Shown piece by piece: positions 51,178 through 61,136 of a stretch of 64,000 nt of DNA. The notes below the pieces were generated by a model. That model saw only the letters and a list, made by a program, of their open reading frames with translations. It did no database searches and was not told where the DNA came from. Positions within the stretch are counted from its first letter, which is position 1. The number at the start of each line of letters is the position of its first letter. The stretch is from Methanobacteriota archaeon (GTDB lineage Archaea > Thermoplasmatota > E2 > DHVEG-1): positions 288,001-352,000 of the forward strand of contig CAVYNH010000007.1 in NCBI GenBank assembly GCA_963769885.1, given 5' to 3'. The translations under genes and the position numbers were made by a program.

Positions 51178-52113
51178 TCAAGGAACAATCGTCGTCCCCG
51201 TCTTCCCTTCTAAAGACGACCCCCCAGTCTCGATATTAGAGATCACCACCTTCCTGCCCCCAAACTCCAAAAACCGGATCGCACTCAAAATCTTCGGCCC
51301 CATACTCCCCGCCGGAAACTCCCCCTTCGCATACAACGCCTTCACCTCTGAAAGCGTCAACCGGTCCACCCCCACCTGATCCCGCGTATTGAAATGCAAG
51401 TACACCCGATCGATATCCGTCAAAATCATCAACAACTCTGCATGCACCGCCTCCGCCAGCCGCTCCGCAGCCAAATCCTTATCCACCACCGCCTCCAACC
51501 CATCCAACCCCCACGACGTCTTCTCCACCACCGGCATCCCCCCACCACCAGACGCAATCACCACAATCCCCTCGTCCATCAACCGCCGGATGATCGGCCC
51601 CTCCACAATCCGCAACGGATCCGGCGACGGCACCACCATCCGCCACCCCCGCGGCAGCTGCACCATCGGAACCCCATTCGCCCGCATCTCCACCGCCTGC
51701 GCCTCCGAATAATACGGCCCAATCGGCTTCGTCGGATTCACCAACGACGGATCCTTCGGATCTACAATCACCTGCGTCACAATCGTAATCACCGACTTCG
51801 ACAGCTTCTCCCGCGCCAACGCATTCGCCAGACACTGCTGCACCATATACCCGATAAGCCCCTCGCTCTCCGCCACACAGATCCCCAGCGGCATCTCGGG
51901 CGTCAATTCCCGCGCCGCCTGATTCTGCAGCACAATCGCCCCCACCTGCGGCCCATTCCCATGCGTTACCGCCACATCCCACCCATCTTTAATCATCGCC
52001 ACAATCGACCGGCAGCTCTCCCGCGTGTTTGCAAACTGCTCATAAATCGTCCCCTTCTGACCACGCTTAATCAACGCATTACCGCCCAGCGCGAGCACTG
52101 CCCGTTTCGACAT
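51178..52113 (-). CDS. arcC: Carbamate kinase
   Basis: ALGGNAL, THGNGPQVG, PTKPIGP, VVPSP, AVVDKD, GSMGPK. Confidence 0.93.
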   Translation of the reverse strand: MSKRAVLALGGNALIKRGQKGTIYEQFANTRESCRSIVAMIKDGWDVAVTHGNGPQVGAIVLQNQAARELTPEMPLGICVAESEGLIGYMVQQCLANALAREKLSKSVITIVTQVIVDPKDPSLVNPTKPIGPYYSEAQAVEMRANGVPMVQLPRGWRMVVPSPDPLRIVEGPIIRRLMDEGIVVIASGGGGMPVVEKTSWGLDGLEAVVDKDLAAERLAEAVHAELLMILTDIDRVYLHFNTRDQVGVDRLTLSEVKALYAKGEFPAGSMGPKILSAIRFLEFGGRKVVISNIETGGSSLEGKTGTTIVP

Positions 52114-52274
52114 GAAAACCGTCCTCGAGAAAATACCGACCAAGTATAAAAACCAAATGGATAGATTGCCCTCCCCATCCCAACCCACACCAAAACACCC
52201 TCTGCCTTCTCCCTTATTAACCACCGGGGAATGCAAGATGCTAAATAACAGCACCGATTCTCATCATATCATCC

Positions 52275-52916
52275 ATGTCCTACGACCAGCAACGCCGCAC
52301 CCTCATTGACAACCTCAGCCGCGATGGTTACATCCGCAGCGACAAGGTCAAAGACGCTTTCCTCCAGGTTCCCCGCGAGGAATTCCTCCCTCCAGACCAA
52401 CGCCCCTACGCCTACGTCGACAGCCCCCTCCAGATCGGCCATGGACAAACCATCTCAGCGCCCCACATGGTCGCCATCATGTGTGAAGCCCTTGACCTCA
52501 AAGAGAGCCAAAACATCCTCGAAATCGGCGCGGGATCCGGCTACCACGCCGCCATCGTCGCCAAAATCATCGGAGACCACGGACACGTCTACACCATCGA
52601 GCGGTTCGACCACCTCGCACAAACCGCCCAAGAAAACCTCGACCGAGCTCACATCGCCAACGTCACCGTCCAAATCGGCGACGGATCCAAAGGCCTCCCC
52701 GAACACCAACCATACGACCGCATCTACGTCACCGCCGCAGCACCAGCCATCCCTCCGCCCCTGATCACCGAACTAGCCGACGGCGGAAAACTCCTCGTGC
52801 CCGTCGGCGACGTCTACTGCGACCTCATTCTCCTTGAAAAACACGGGCAGAAAACGCATTCCCGCTCACTCGGCGGCTGCATGTTCGTCCCCCTCGTCGG
52901 CGAATACGGTTTCTAA
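52275..52916 (+). CDS. pcm: Protein-L-isoaspartate O-methyltransferase
   Basis: VPREEF, GQTISAPHMV, LEIGAGSGY, PYDRIYVTAA, FVPLVG. Confidence 0.95.
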   Translation: MSYDQQRRTLIDNLSRDGYIRSDKVKDAFLQVPREEFLPPDQRPYAYVDSPLQIGHGQTISAPHMVAIMCEALDLKESQNILEIGAGSGYHAAIVAKIIGDHGHVYTIERFDHLAQTAQENLDRAHIANVTVQIGDGSKGLPEHQPYDRIYVTAAAPAIPPPLITELADGGKLLVPVGDVYCDLILLEKHGQKTHSRSLGGCMFVPLVGEYGF

Positions 52917-53416
52917 CGCTTATAGCCTATGGTGCGCAAGAATGAATGCCGAGACAAGGCCTCTTCCTTCGTCTCAACGCCTTTCGGGGAGAACCCGTCG
53001 ACCACACCAAGGATCGCCTTGCCAGGTTCCTTCCCGAAGCTCGATTCGGCGACCACGACCTTTGTCGGGTTCGCTGTCGCACAGAAAATCATGCAGACCT
53101 CAGGCACGGCTTTCACCGCATTCAAGACCGTGACCGGGAAACAACCCTTCATGAAGATAATGAACGAATGACCCGCCCCGATTGCAACGGCATTACGCAC
53201 CGCCAACTCCCGCAGGCCATCGTCATTGCCGTCGCTGCGGATCTTACAGGGCCCGCTGGCCTCGCAGAAGGCGAGCCCGAACTGCGCCCCCGGCGCCCCC
53301 TGAGCCATCGCCTCATAGAGATCCTCGACTGATTTAATGAAATGCGTCTGACCAAGGATAAAATTTAGCTGCTCTGGGTTCTCAACTAAAATCAGAGTGA
53401 TGCGCGGGTCCTCCAT
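52913..53416 (-). CDS. Adenosine-specific kinase family protein (DUF355-like)
   Basis: GQTHFIKSVEDLYEA, FCEASG, GHSFII, CATANP, GVVDG. Confidence 0.85.
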   Translation of the reverse strand: MEDPRITLILVENPEQLNFILGQTHFIKSVEDLYEAMAQGAPGAQFGLAFCEASGPCKIRSDGNDDGLRELAVRNAVAIGAGHSFIIFMKGCFPVTVLNAVKAVPEVCMIFCATANPTKVVVAESSFGKEPGKAILGVVDGFSPKGVETKEEALSRHSFLRTIGYKR

Positions 53417-53478
53417 GTTAATCCTCAAGGGAGGATGATGTACCCCTCGCTATATAAGCCCTGTGGACATCCCTGGGT

Positions 53479-54543
53479 TTACCCTCGATGCAAGAGACGG
53501 CTCAGGCGATCTTTTAGATTGAATTTGACCAGCAGGAAGATGTTGAGGTCGCGGGATTGGCTGTCGATGATATTCCCATTGGCATCATACACGGAGACCG
53601 TAGCCTTATACAGCCCATTGGACAGGGTGAATTGGGCGTCAGCACCGTCAGACATGTTCGTGTCGCTGATTGTCGCGGTATCATGGCTGAGCAGGTCTTC
53701 GAAGCTGAAATCAGCCCGTGCCACCGCGGCGCTCACCGTCGCATTAAGGTAGCAGCTGCTTGTACTCAGCATGGCAGACATCCCATATTGCTGCAGGATT
53801 GGTAAGAATCCATAGGACTTGTAGAATCCCCATAATCTAAAGTAGACGTACCCCGGTTCCAACGCGACCATATGAACTTGTGGGGCGATAGAGACGAGAA
53901 TCGGCGTAGTCCAGGCACTAATTGCGTAATGGCTGTCTTGTGCCCGAACTCGGACTGAGTACGTCCCTTTATTAATCCAAGAATTGGGACAGACGCATTC
54001 CTGACCGTACGTGTATGGCCCAAGCCACTGGCTTACCCTGCCGTCGCCCCATTCCCACTGGAAGTACATCATGTCTCCCTCCGGGTCTGCCGTGATTGCA
54101 GAAAAGTTCAGGCTGAAGCCAATCCCGACGTTCACCGGCGCCTTGACCAGCCGAGGGGTGAACGGCGCCTGGTTCTCCACGGTCGTAAACTGCCAGATTG
54201 GACCTGTTGCACTGACATGAGACTGGTTCCAAGCAACAATCCGCCAATAATACGTAGTACTCGTGGCGAGGGTCCCCGGCTCGTATGAAGTCCCGGTCTG
54301 ATTCTCCACGGCACGCGGCGGTGGATTCGAAGTGCCGAAATAGACCGTATACGTGTAGCTCTCGTTACTGCCTGGGTCACCAGCGGTCCACTTGGGGTTG
54401 GCGAACACGCTGACGGCGGAAGAGTCATTGGACGGGGTCGGTGAATGAGGGATTTCGGGCGTGCCGGCAAGCACCCCGGTAATAGGGACAATCGTAAGGA
54501 GAAGACTTATGCTAATAGCTACGCCAAGGCTTCTTGGGTTCAT
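53479..54543 (-). CDS. Secreted Fn3/PKD-domain protein
   Basis: Signal peptide; VYFGT...YYWRIVA; DPEGD...WGDG; C-terminal domain shared with the next gene. Confidence 0.75.
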   Translation of the reverse strand: MNPRSLGVAISISLLLTIVPITGVLAGTPEIPHSPTPSNDSSAVSVFANPKWTAGDPGSNESYTYTVYFGTSNPPPRAVENQTGTSYEPGTLATSTTYYWRIVAWNQSHVSATGPIWQFTTVENQAPFTPRLVKAPVNVGIGFSLNFSAITADPEGDMMYFQWEWGDGRVSQWLGPYTYGQECVCPNSWINKGTYSVRVRAQDSHYAISAWTTPILVSIAPQVHMVALEPGYVYFRLWGFYKSYGFLPILQQYGMSAMLSTSSCYLNATVSAAVARADFSFEDLLSHDTATISDTNMSDGADAQFTLSNGLYKATVSVYDANGNIIDSQSRDLNIFLLVKFNLKDRLSRLLHRG

Positions 54544-54615
54544 GTAAGACCTCCCTTTTCGATAGTACCATAGAGGATGGAAACTCCCCTCTGGCGTGTA
54601 TAAATAGGTTTGATA

Positions 54616-55446
54616 TTATATAAACGTTCTGGCATGGGCCGGAGTGGGGGAATCAAGGGAATGAAGGCCGGTTGTTGCCATTGTGCCGAGTTTTATAAAC
54701 AGGAGGTAGTTCAGGAGGGAGCCGTCGATGATGTTGCCCTCAGCATCGTAGGCGAGGTAGCCGATCTGGAAGAGCCCGGTGGCGATCGGGATCTCGATGG
54801 TGAAACCGTCAGTTGCGTTGTCGTCTGTGACCTCAGTGTTTTGGCTGGTGCGGATGCTGGTGGCTACCGCGTATACTGCTGCGACGGTGGAGGCTGCGGA
54901 GAAGTTCAAGACTAGGCCGTGATCAACAGACATCAAGATGACGGCGCCGAAGACGTCCAGCATGCCAACATAGAAGAATGAATTGAGGAGGTAAATGAAC
55001 CCTGATTTGAGGTTTGTGAGGGTGAGCTGAGGGGCGACGGTGAGGTTGTAGGGGACGGTCTGGTTGAGTTGGAGTCCGTGGCTGTCCTTAACTTGGACGC
55101 GGATGATGTAGTTGCCGTTGCTTGCCCAGGCGTGGTGGGTGGTGATGTTGGTGGTGGAGTTGACGGGGCCGAGCCAGTCCGTCATGTTGCCGTCGTCCCA
55201 GTCGACTTTGAGGAGGATTTGGTCGCCGTCAGGGTCGGTGGCGTTCATGATGTAGGTGAGTTCGAAATCCGGGGCGCCGGCGTGGGGGCCGGTGATGTTC
55301 GGCAGCAGGGGGGGGTTGTTGTCTCTGTCGAGGGACGTTGGCGTGCGTTGTGGGAGTGAAAGGGCGTTGAGGACCCCATTATTGATGCTCACAACCATTA
55401 AGATAAAAGTGAAAAAGATGGTAAAGTACTTATGAAATCGCCTCAT
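54616..55446 (-). CDS. Secreted PKD-domain protein (paralog of the previous gene)
   Basis: Signal peptide; DPDGD...DWDDG; YDAEGNIID matches YDANGNIID in the neighbour. Confidence 0.75.
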   Translation of the reverse strand: MRRFHKYFTIFFTFILMVVSINNGVLNALSLPQRTPTSLDRDNNPPLLPNITGPHAGAPDFELTYIMNATDPDGDQILLKVDWDDGNMTDWLGPVNSTTNITTHHAWASNGNYIIRVQVKDSHGLQLNQTVPYNLTVAPQLTLTNLKSGFIYLLNSFFYVGMLDVFGAVILMSVDHGLVLNFSAASTVAAVYAVATSIRTSQNTEVTDDNATDGFTIEIPIATGLFQIGYLAYDAEGNIIDGSLLNYLLFIKLGTMATTGLHSLDSPTPAHARTFI

Positions 55447-55543
55447 TGAATCCCCCGAGTTACGTGGTTCTTTATTTGCATCTGGATTAATAAACCTTTG
55501 CTCCTACTTCAGTTCTTGTTGTTTTTAGGAGAAAGGCGTTTGG

Positions 55544-56800
55544 TTATGGAAGCGTGAGTAGGGTGGTGGTTCCTTGGGGGACGACAAGGACGCGTGCGTC
55601 GGAGGTGAGTTCCTGAAAGGCGTGTTTCAAGGCTTCGTCTGGGGTGACGGCGGCGTGGAACTTGAAGAATCCTTCGACCTCGTTTTTTGGCAAGGTGGAG
55701 ATGAAATAGATGGGGTGGTTTTCGACGGCGACGCGGTGGTAGTAGGCTTTGTGGGCGCCGATGACGAAGTTTTCGTTGAGGGCGCGTTGGACGTCGCGGG
55801 AGGTCGGGTATTTGGCGAGCCAGTCGGTGTAGAGTGTGCTGCCGGCACCTTGGGGGCATTCGGCGACAAGGATGATGGCGCCGTGGTCGGCGATGACCTG
55901 GCAGGCCTGGTGCATGGCCTTCATGGCCTGGTAGAGGTTGATGTCGTGGGGGTGGCCGTTGGCGGCGGTGATAATGATGTCGGGGCGTTGGGGGATTTTG
56001 CGGCGGTACATGCTGTCAACGAGTTTGGCGCCGGCGTCGAGGACGACTTCGGGGTTGCCAGCCCAGGCGCCGACGATGCGGTGGTGGGAGTTTTGGACGA
56101 CGTTAAGGATGAAGTCACAGCCAGCGAGGTGCATGGCTTCGTTCATTTCTTGGTGGATGGGGTTGTCTTTGAGCACCCCGGTCTTTGCGCCTTTATTGAA
56201 GAGGAGGCTGTGGTTGCGTTGGATCGTGTTTTTTGAGGCGAGGCCGGGAAGGATGCTTTTACGGGCGCCGCCGTAGCCGGCGAAGTAGTGGTATTCGATG
56301 TCGCCGAGGAGGATTTTGATGTCGCGTTCGACGTAGTCTTTGAGGATTTCGACGGTGTTGCCGCGGCGGGTTTTACCGACGGGGAGGTATTCACCATTGG
56401 TGATGTCGTTGGTGGCGACCATGAAGGTGCGGGCGATTTTTTCGCCGAGGATGTCTTTGATTTGGTCGGGGGTGGGTGGGGTGTGGGTGCCGTTGGCGAT
56501 GATGATGAGGATGTCGAGGTCGTCGACGCCGGCGTCGTGGAGTTCGGCGAGGACGGGGGGGAGCAGGGTCTGGGTGGGGCAGGGCCTGGTGTAGTCGTCG
56601 ACAACGATGGCGACGTGATCGCCGGGGTGGACGAGGGTAGAAAGAGGGTCTGTTCCGAGGGGATCCTTGAGGGCGTCGCGGATCATCTCCTCGGGTTTTT
56701 GGGCTGGGTTGAATTCTTGTGGGGTGATGACGCCGAGGAGGTTTTTGTCGGGTACGGTGACTGGGAGGGTGGTTTTGCCGTAGGGCAGCTGGATGGTCAT
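55544..56800 (-). CDS. larA: LarA-family (nickel-pincer cofactor) racemase/epimerase
   Basis: LPYGK, DDYTRP, ANGTH, HYFAGYGGARKSILPG, NLYQAMKA; substrate unknown. Confidence 0.85.
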   Translation of the reverse strand: MTIQLPYGKTTLPVTVPDKNLLGVITPQEFNPAQKPEEMIRDALKDPLGTDPLSTLVHPGDHVAIVVDDYTRPCPTQTLLPPVLAELHDAGVDDLDILIIIANGTHTPPTPDQIKDILGEKIARTFMVATNDITNGEYLPVGKTRRGNTVEILKDYVERDIKILLGDIEYHYFAGYGGARKSILPGLASKNTIQRNHSLLFNKGAKTGVLKDNPIHQEMNEAMHLAGCDFILNVVQNSHHRIVGAWAGNPEVVLDAGAKLVDSMYRRKIPQRPDIIITAANGHPHDINLYQAMKAMHQACQVIADHGAIILVAECPQGAGSTLYTDWLAKYPTSRDVQRALNENFVIGAHKAYYHRVAVENHPIYFISTLPKNEVEGFFKFHAAVTPDEALKHAFQELTSDARVLVVPQGTTTLLTLP

Positions 56801-56810
56801 AAGAGGGTTC

Positions 56811-56996
56811 TTATGAGGACTTGACGTAGTGTTTGGTCCACCGCACCCGTCGGGGGATGCGGTTCAGCTTCAGCATGTTTTTTTGGCATTTGCTTTTGCA
56901 GAAGTAGAGGACCGTGCCGTCTTTTTTGACGTAGAGTTTGCCGGTCCCGGGTTCGATGTCGCCGCCGCAGAAGGAGCAGACGCGTTTTTCGACCAT
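56811..56996 (-). CDS. rpl24e: 50S ribosomal protein L24e
   Basis: [12 protein letters not shown]...FCKSKC...RRVRWT. Confidence 0.96.
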   Translation of the reverse strand: MVEKRVCSFCGGDIEPGTGKLYVKKDGTVLYFCKSKCQKNMLKLNRIPRRVRWTKHYVKSS

Positions 56997-57208
56997 TATC
57001 GGGGTCCTCCGAGTCTTTTGGCTTCACGTTGGGTCTCGCTGAGCATGAGGATGTCGCCGAGGCGGACGGGGCCCATGACGTTGCGGGTGATGATCTTGCC
57101 TTTGTCGCGGCCGTCGAGGACGCGGACTTTGACTTGGGAGGCTTCGCCGGCCATGCCGGTGCGCTCGATGATTTCAACGACTTCGCATGGAGTGCCTTCG
57201 ATGACCAT
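56996..57208 (-). CDS. rps28e: 30S ribosomal protein S28e
   Basis: [23 protein letters not shown]. Confidence 0.96.
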   Translation of the reverse strand: MVIEGTPCEVVEIIERTGMAGEASQVKVRVLDGRDKGKIITRNVMGPVRLGDILMLSETQREAKRLGGPR

Positions 57209-57212
57209 AGGC

Positions 57213-57584
57213 TTAACCCTGTTTTTGTACCGCTTCGATTTTTTTGACGATGTTGTCGACGAGTTCTTTGTCTTTGCCGGGGCTGACGATGGCGATTGCG
57301 CTGGTCGGGATGCCGAGCCCGGCGGCGTTCCCCAGTTCTTCTTTGCTGGAGACGTAGGTGTACGGGATGTTTTTTTCCTCGCACAGTAAAGGCATGTGGG
57401 CTAGGATTTCTTCAGGGGTGACGTCTTCTGCCATGATCACGAGCTTGGCCTGCCCGCGCTCGACGTACTTCGTGGTCTCGTTGGCCCCTTTTCCAATCTT
57501 CCCACCATCTCGAGCTTTTTCAATCAGATCATAGGCTAAATCTTGAAGTTCTTTCGGTACTTGATAGCGGACATATATCGGCAT
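57213..57584 (-). CDS. rpl7ae: 50S ribosomal protein L7Ae
   Basis: [30 protein letters not shown]. Confidence 0.96.
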   Translation of the reverse strand: MPIYVRYQVPKELQDLAYDLIEKARDGGKIGKGANETTKYVERGQAKLVIMAEDVTPEEILAHMPLLCEEKNIPYTYVSSKEELGNAAGLGIPTSAIAIVSPGKDKELVDNIVKKIEAVQKQG

Positions 57585-57709
57585 GGTTTAGCCTCCTTTT
57601 CAAGAGCTTTCATCGATTCTTCCTGATGGAAGTAAGGTTGGGAATAGAGGTCTCGTATAAAAACTTTATTAATAAATGATTTCAATGACATGAATTTATA
57701 AGAAGGGAA

Positions 57710-57916
57710 TTACAGCCCACCGCCACTATTACCATGCCAAACAACGATTCCAATAGCCAAGAACATAAACCCCAACACAAAGAAAATCGCACTTACAAAA
57801 ATATTGATAAGTAATGACCCGCCCCCAATCAAGAGAAAGAGAACACTTGCTCCGAGAAGAACGGTCTCAGAATTATCCAAATTGAAGTTGAAATTCATAT
57901 CGGGCCAGTTTATCAT
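57710..57916 (-). CDS. Small two-TM hypothetical protein
   Basis: Two hydrophobic helices; lies in the AT-rich islet. Confidence 0.5.
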   Translation of the reverse strand: MINWPDMNFNFNLDNSETVLLGASVLFLLIGGGSLLINIFVSAIFFVLGFMFLAIGIVVWHGNSGGGL

Positions 57917-57977
57917 AATCGAGGAATGTTCGTTTGATTATAAATACTTTTGACATAGATGGCAGAAACTATTCGAT

Positions 57978-58071
57978 GGCTTTGTCTCAAAAGTATTCAG
58001 CCGTCCCCCGAGACCGTTTTCCTCGTCTTGAAGTGGCTTCAGGAGGAGCCTTGGAGTTTTGAGACAACGCC
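57978..58071. mobile_element. 94-bp MITE with 15-bp imperfect TIRs and 9-bp target-site duplication
   Basis: Left TIR GGCTTTGTCTCAAAA (57978-92); right TIR TTTTGAGACAACGCC (58057-71); CTATTCGAT directly on both sides (57969-77, 58072-80). Confidence 0.85.
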
Positions 58072-58100
58072 CTATTCGATTTAAACGAAATATAAATTTT

Positions 58101-59264
58101 TTATTTCTTTGATTCTGACTGTTCTTCGGGCAAGGGATGATTTTTCATATCTTTTATAGCACCTAATAATTTCATAGTTTCGTCACTGCTCAAAGTCTCA
58201 CCCTTATAACGGACCTGGAATAATCCATGCAAATCAGATGGTAACTCTACTCCTTCTTTAACCAAGAAAATGTATCTCTTACCATAAAGAGCCATCGACA
58301 CTCCAATCTCAATAAGGACATTAGGGTTAATGATATTGTGGCTTTTTCCATCCAAATCAATTAATTTCATCTCATCGTCAATGTGAATTATTGAAGCCCC
58401 GCAACCCCTCATATCTTTCAATACCTTATCTGAGATAGGTTGAGCTACTGAAGCTCTCTCAGTAGCAACTATTGGCTCAAGCTCACCAAAAGCCAAGAAT
58501 TGTTTAATAGGTTCAATTAGGGTTACGTTTTTTCCATGAGTTATGAATACTTTTTTCTTTCTACTCAAGTCAATATTTGGTGGCACATTTTCGTCTACTT
58601 TTAGAGGAATATTTGTATCAATGCCTGGTGGGATTGCCTGTTGTTCCTCCTTGCCACCTTTTTCTGGGGGTCTATTAGTTTGAGGAAGTATTATTCCTCC
58701 AATATCAACACAATAAGCGCCTTTGTTTTCAATTATCAATCCATATTTTTGCCCTTCTTTCATAATCATTTTTAGAACATCATCCAATCGATGTGCAGGG
58801 ACACCCATATCCTTGAGAACATTTTTAGCGATGTCCTCTCTTGGAATCTTACTTTTATTATATTTTCTGAGAAATTCTCCTACTAATTTTGGTTTAAGGA
58901 AAGCCTCTCGTTTGGCTTTATTATCATCACCTTCTTCAATTGGTTCAATGATTCTTTTTGCTATAGGTTCTAAGGAAATCTCACCAGCGTTATATCCGCC
59001 TTTAGTAAGTCCATACGCGATTGATGCTCCACATAGCATTCTAAATGAGCCGGAGGATGTTTTCATTTTTAGTGCAAGGGCCACTTGTAATGGTGTAGAT
59101 GGTTTAGAGGCATAGTTATCAATTATTGCCCTTGGGATTCTCAAAGCTTCTTCTAAAGAACAACCCGGAATGTCAGCTTGACTTAGATAAGTCCTATGTT
59201 TTGATGTAGTATTTTTTTGTGCTTTTATTTTTTTCTGAACGATAGGCTTCGTTGGTTTTTCCAT
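58101..59264 (-). CDS. Protein with C-terminal TIR-like (CAP12/Pycsar-effector type) domain
   Basis: KVFITHG, LEPIV, NPNVLIEIG, VELPSDLHG; AT-rich relative to flanks. Confidence 0.75.
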   Translation of the reverse strand: MEKPTKPIVQKKIKAQKNTTSKHRTYLSQADIPGCSLEEALRIPRAIIDNYASKPSTPLQVALALKMKTSSGSFRMLCGASIAYGLTKGGYNAGEISLEPIAKRIIEPIEEGDDNKAKREAFLKPKLVGEFLRKYNKSKIPREDIAKNVLKDMGVPAHRLDDVLKMIMKEGQKYGLIIENKGAYCVDIGGIILPQTNRPPEKGGKEEQQAIPPGIDTNIPLKVDENVPPNIDLSRKKKVFITHGKNVTLIEPIKQFLAFGELEPIVATERASVAQPISDKVLKDMRGCGASIIHIDDEMKLIDLDGKSHNIINPNVLIEIGVSMALYGKRYIFLVKEGVELPSDLHGLFQVRYKGETLSSDETMKLLGAIKDMKNHPLPEEQSESKK

Positions 59265-59574
59265 TTTCTCACCAAAGAGGATAAAGGTTACGCGCTCCCA
59301 AACTCAATAAGAAAATCGGATTTATATAATTTATCATATCCTCTGTCATCATCATTAATTATACCTTTGGCTCTCATATTTGAGAAAGAAATAGTCTGCC
59401 TAGTCATTTCCTGTTTTTCTTCTTCCTTCTTTGGTATCCAAGAAGCGTAATTCTATTTGATGGGTTAGTTAACAAATGTAATTTTAGATTTTAAAGGAAA
59501 ATAAGGAGGAAAATAATGAAAAAATATTTAACAAGGAATTTTTAATCATTGACGTCAATGTTGAAAAAACTTTG

Positions 59575-60726
59575 TCAACTTCGGCCCCTGAGCAACGGCT
59601 TGTTTTCGGGGTGGGGCGGGAGGCTGAGGCGTTCGACTTCCAAGCGATCCGCGGTCGGGTACTCCTCGACGAGGAAGCATTTGTAGCCTTGGTGTGTGAG
59701 GTCCGCCGCGATGTGTTCGAGCTGCCAGGCGGCGACCTCGACTCGGTTCTTCTGCGCATCGACTCTGATCAGCTCTGCGGGGATCTTGTAGATCCGCCGA
59801 AGCGAGGCAGCGATGACAGGGAGCGGCTGGCGTCGGGACTCGACGACACCCTTCATCAGTGTCCCATCCGAGGTAATCACGTCATAGGGCCGCGCCACGG
59901 TCTTCGCCCGGCGCTTGATGCGGTTGCGCAGCTGGATCCGGTCCTTGAACGAGACGGAGCAGTAATGCACACCGACATCGAAGTCCCGTTCGCTCGCCAT
60001 TGTGACGACTTTCAGGGCGGTTTTTTGGCTGCCGGCGACGGCCGCGGAGAGATCGTTCTTGACGTCGTAGCCTCGTTTCATGAACGCCTGACAGTTCTGC
60101 TCTGAGAACTCCAGCTCGTTGAGGTTCACCCAGCGGATCCCCTGGTAGTCCGCCCAGGCGATGAGCGAGAGGAGATCCTGCTCCATGCCCGGGATGACCG
60201 GCACCTCGACCGCCACATCGACGTCATAGCTGCTCAAGGTTCGCAGCGCTTTCGACAAGGGGCTCTTCGCCATGGTCCCCCACGTCGCGGGCAGGGGATG
60301 GAACCGGATCTCATCGAGCCCCTCGTCCACGAAAATCGGGAGCGCATCGGTGTTCTGCAACCCAGAGGTGTAGAGATGGATGTGAAACCGATCGCCGAAA
60401 CTTGCCTTCAGCAGCCGGATGTATCGTGAGACGCGCTGCCAGACGAGGAGGGGGTCCCCGCCGGTGATCCCGGCACCCTTCGCATGGATCGCGTGCGCCT
60501 CCGCCAGCAGGGTGTCCGTGTCCCGCTCTGAGGCAAGCTCCCATTCGTCGGCGAAGATACGGTCCGTCCCTTTCTTCCGGAAGCTCAGCGGACAGTAGAA
60601 ACAATCAATCGTACAGCGGCCAGTCGCCAGCACCACCATTTTCTCTCCCTTGGCGCACATGCGGCAGCCTGGGGACAACGGCTGGGTGTAGACGCTGTCC
60701 TGCAGCCACGTCGTGATCTTCTTCAT
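59575..60726 (-). CDS. Conserved archaeal radical SAM protein
   Basis: CTIDCFYCPLS, GITGGDP, HIHLYT, LDEIRFHP, NLNELE. Confidence 0.85.
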   Translation of the reverse strand: MKKITTWLQDSVYTQPLSPGCRMCAKGEKMVVLATGRCTIDCFYCPLSFRKKGTDRIFADEWELASERDTDTLLAEAHAIHAKGAGITGGDPLLVWQRVSRYIRLLKASFGDRFHIHLYTSGLQNTDALPIFVDEGLDEIRFHPLPATWGTMAKSPLSKALRTLSSYDVDVAVEVPVIPGMEQDLLSLIAWADYQGIRWVNLNELEFSEQNCQAFMKRGYDVKNDLSAAVAGSQKTALKVVTMASERDFDVGVHYCSVSFKDRIQLRNRIKRRAKTVARPYDVITSDGTLMKGVVESRRQPLPVIAASLRRIYKIPAELIRVDAQKNRVEVAAWQLEHIAADLTHQGYKCFLVEEYPTADRLEVERLSLPPHPENKPLLRGRS

Positions 60727-61136
60727 CTCGGATGGTGTGCCAGATAGGTGACCTGCTTAAAAAAATGTATGGTAAAATCGAACAATCACATTTCAGAGTC
60801 ACCAAGGACGATGAAAAATTCTGGTAGCAAAAAGGTGTAATGATGACTCCGACCTCGACGTACGACGTCTCCCTCCAATGCTAAACGAGCTACGCCTCGT
60901 ACAAACACCACCCCATCCCCTAAGCGATATGATTAGTTCGTGAACAATAAATATAAATAGGGTAATAATTATAATCAGTCAAACCCCGACAGAGGGACCT
61001 CAGGATAATCCTCGAGGCTCATCCCTGCCCCCAAATCTCTCAGCTGCGCCTATAAATATAAATACCTCGGACGCCAACAAACCCGTACGAGAAGACCCCC
61101 CCTGAGGGACCCCCAGCAATAAACCACTCCGGAGTC

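Noticed and set aside
57585-57660. K-turn autoregulatory leader of rpl7ae
   Set aside because: A small hairpin is present (CAUC/GAUG), but no convincing tandem G-A K-turn could be drawn.
59280-59460. Extra gene upstream of the TIR-like gene
   Set aside because: Only a short open stretch without a credible start or motif; at most a remnant.
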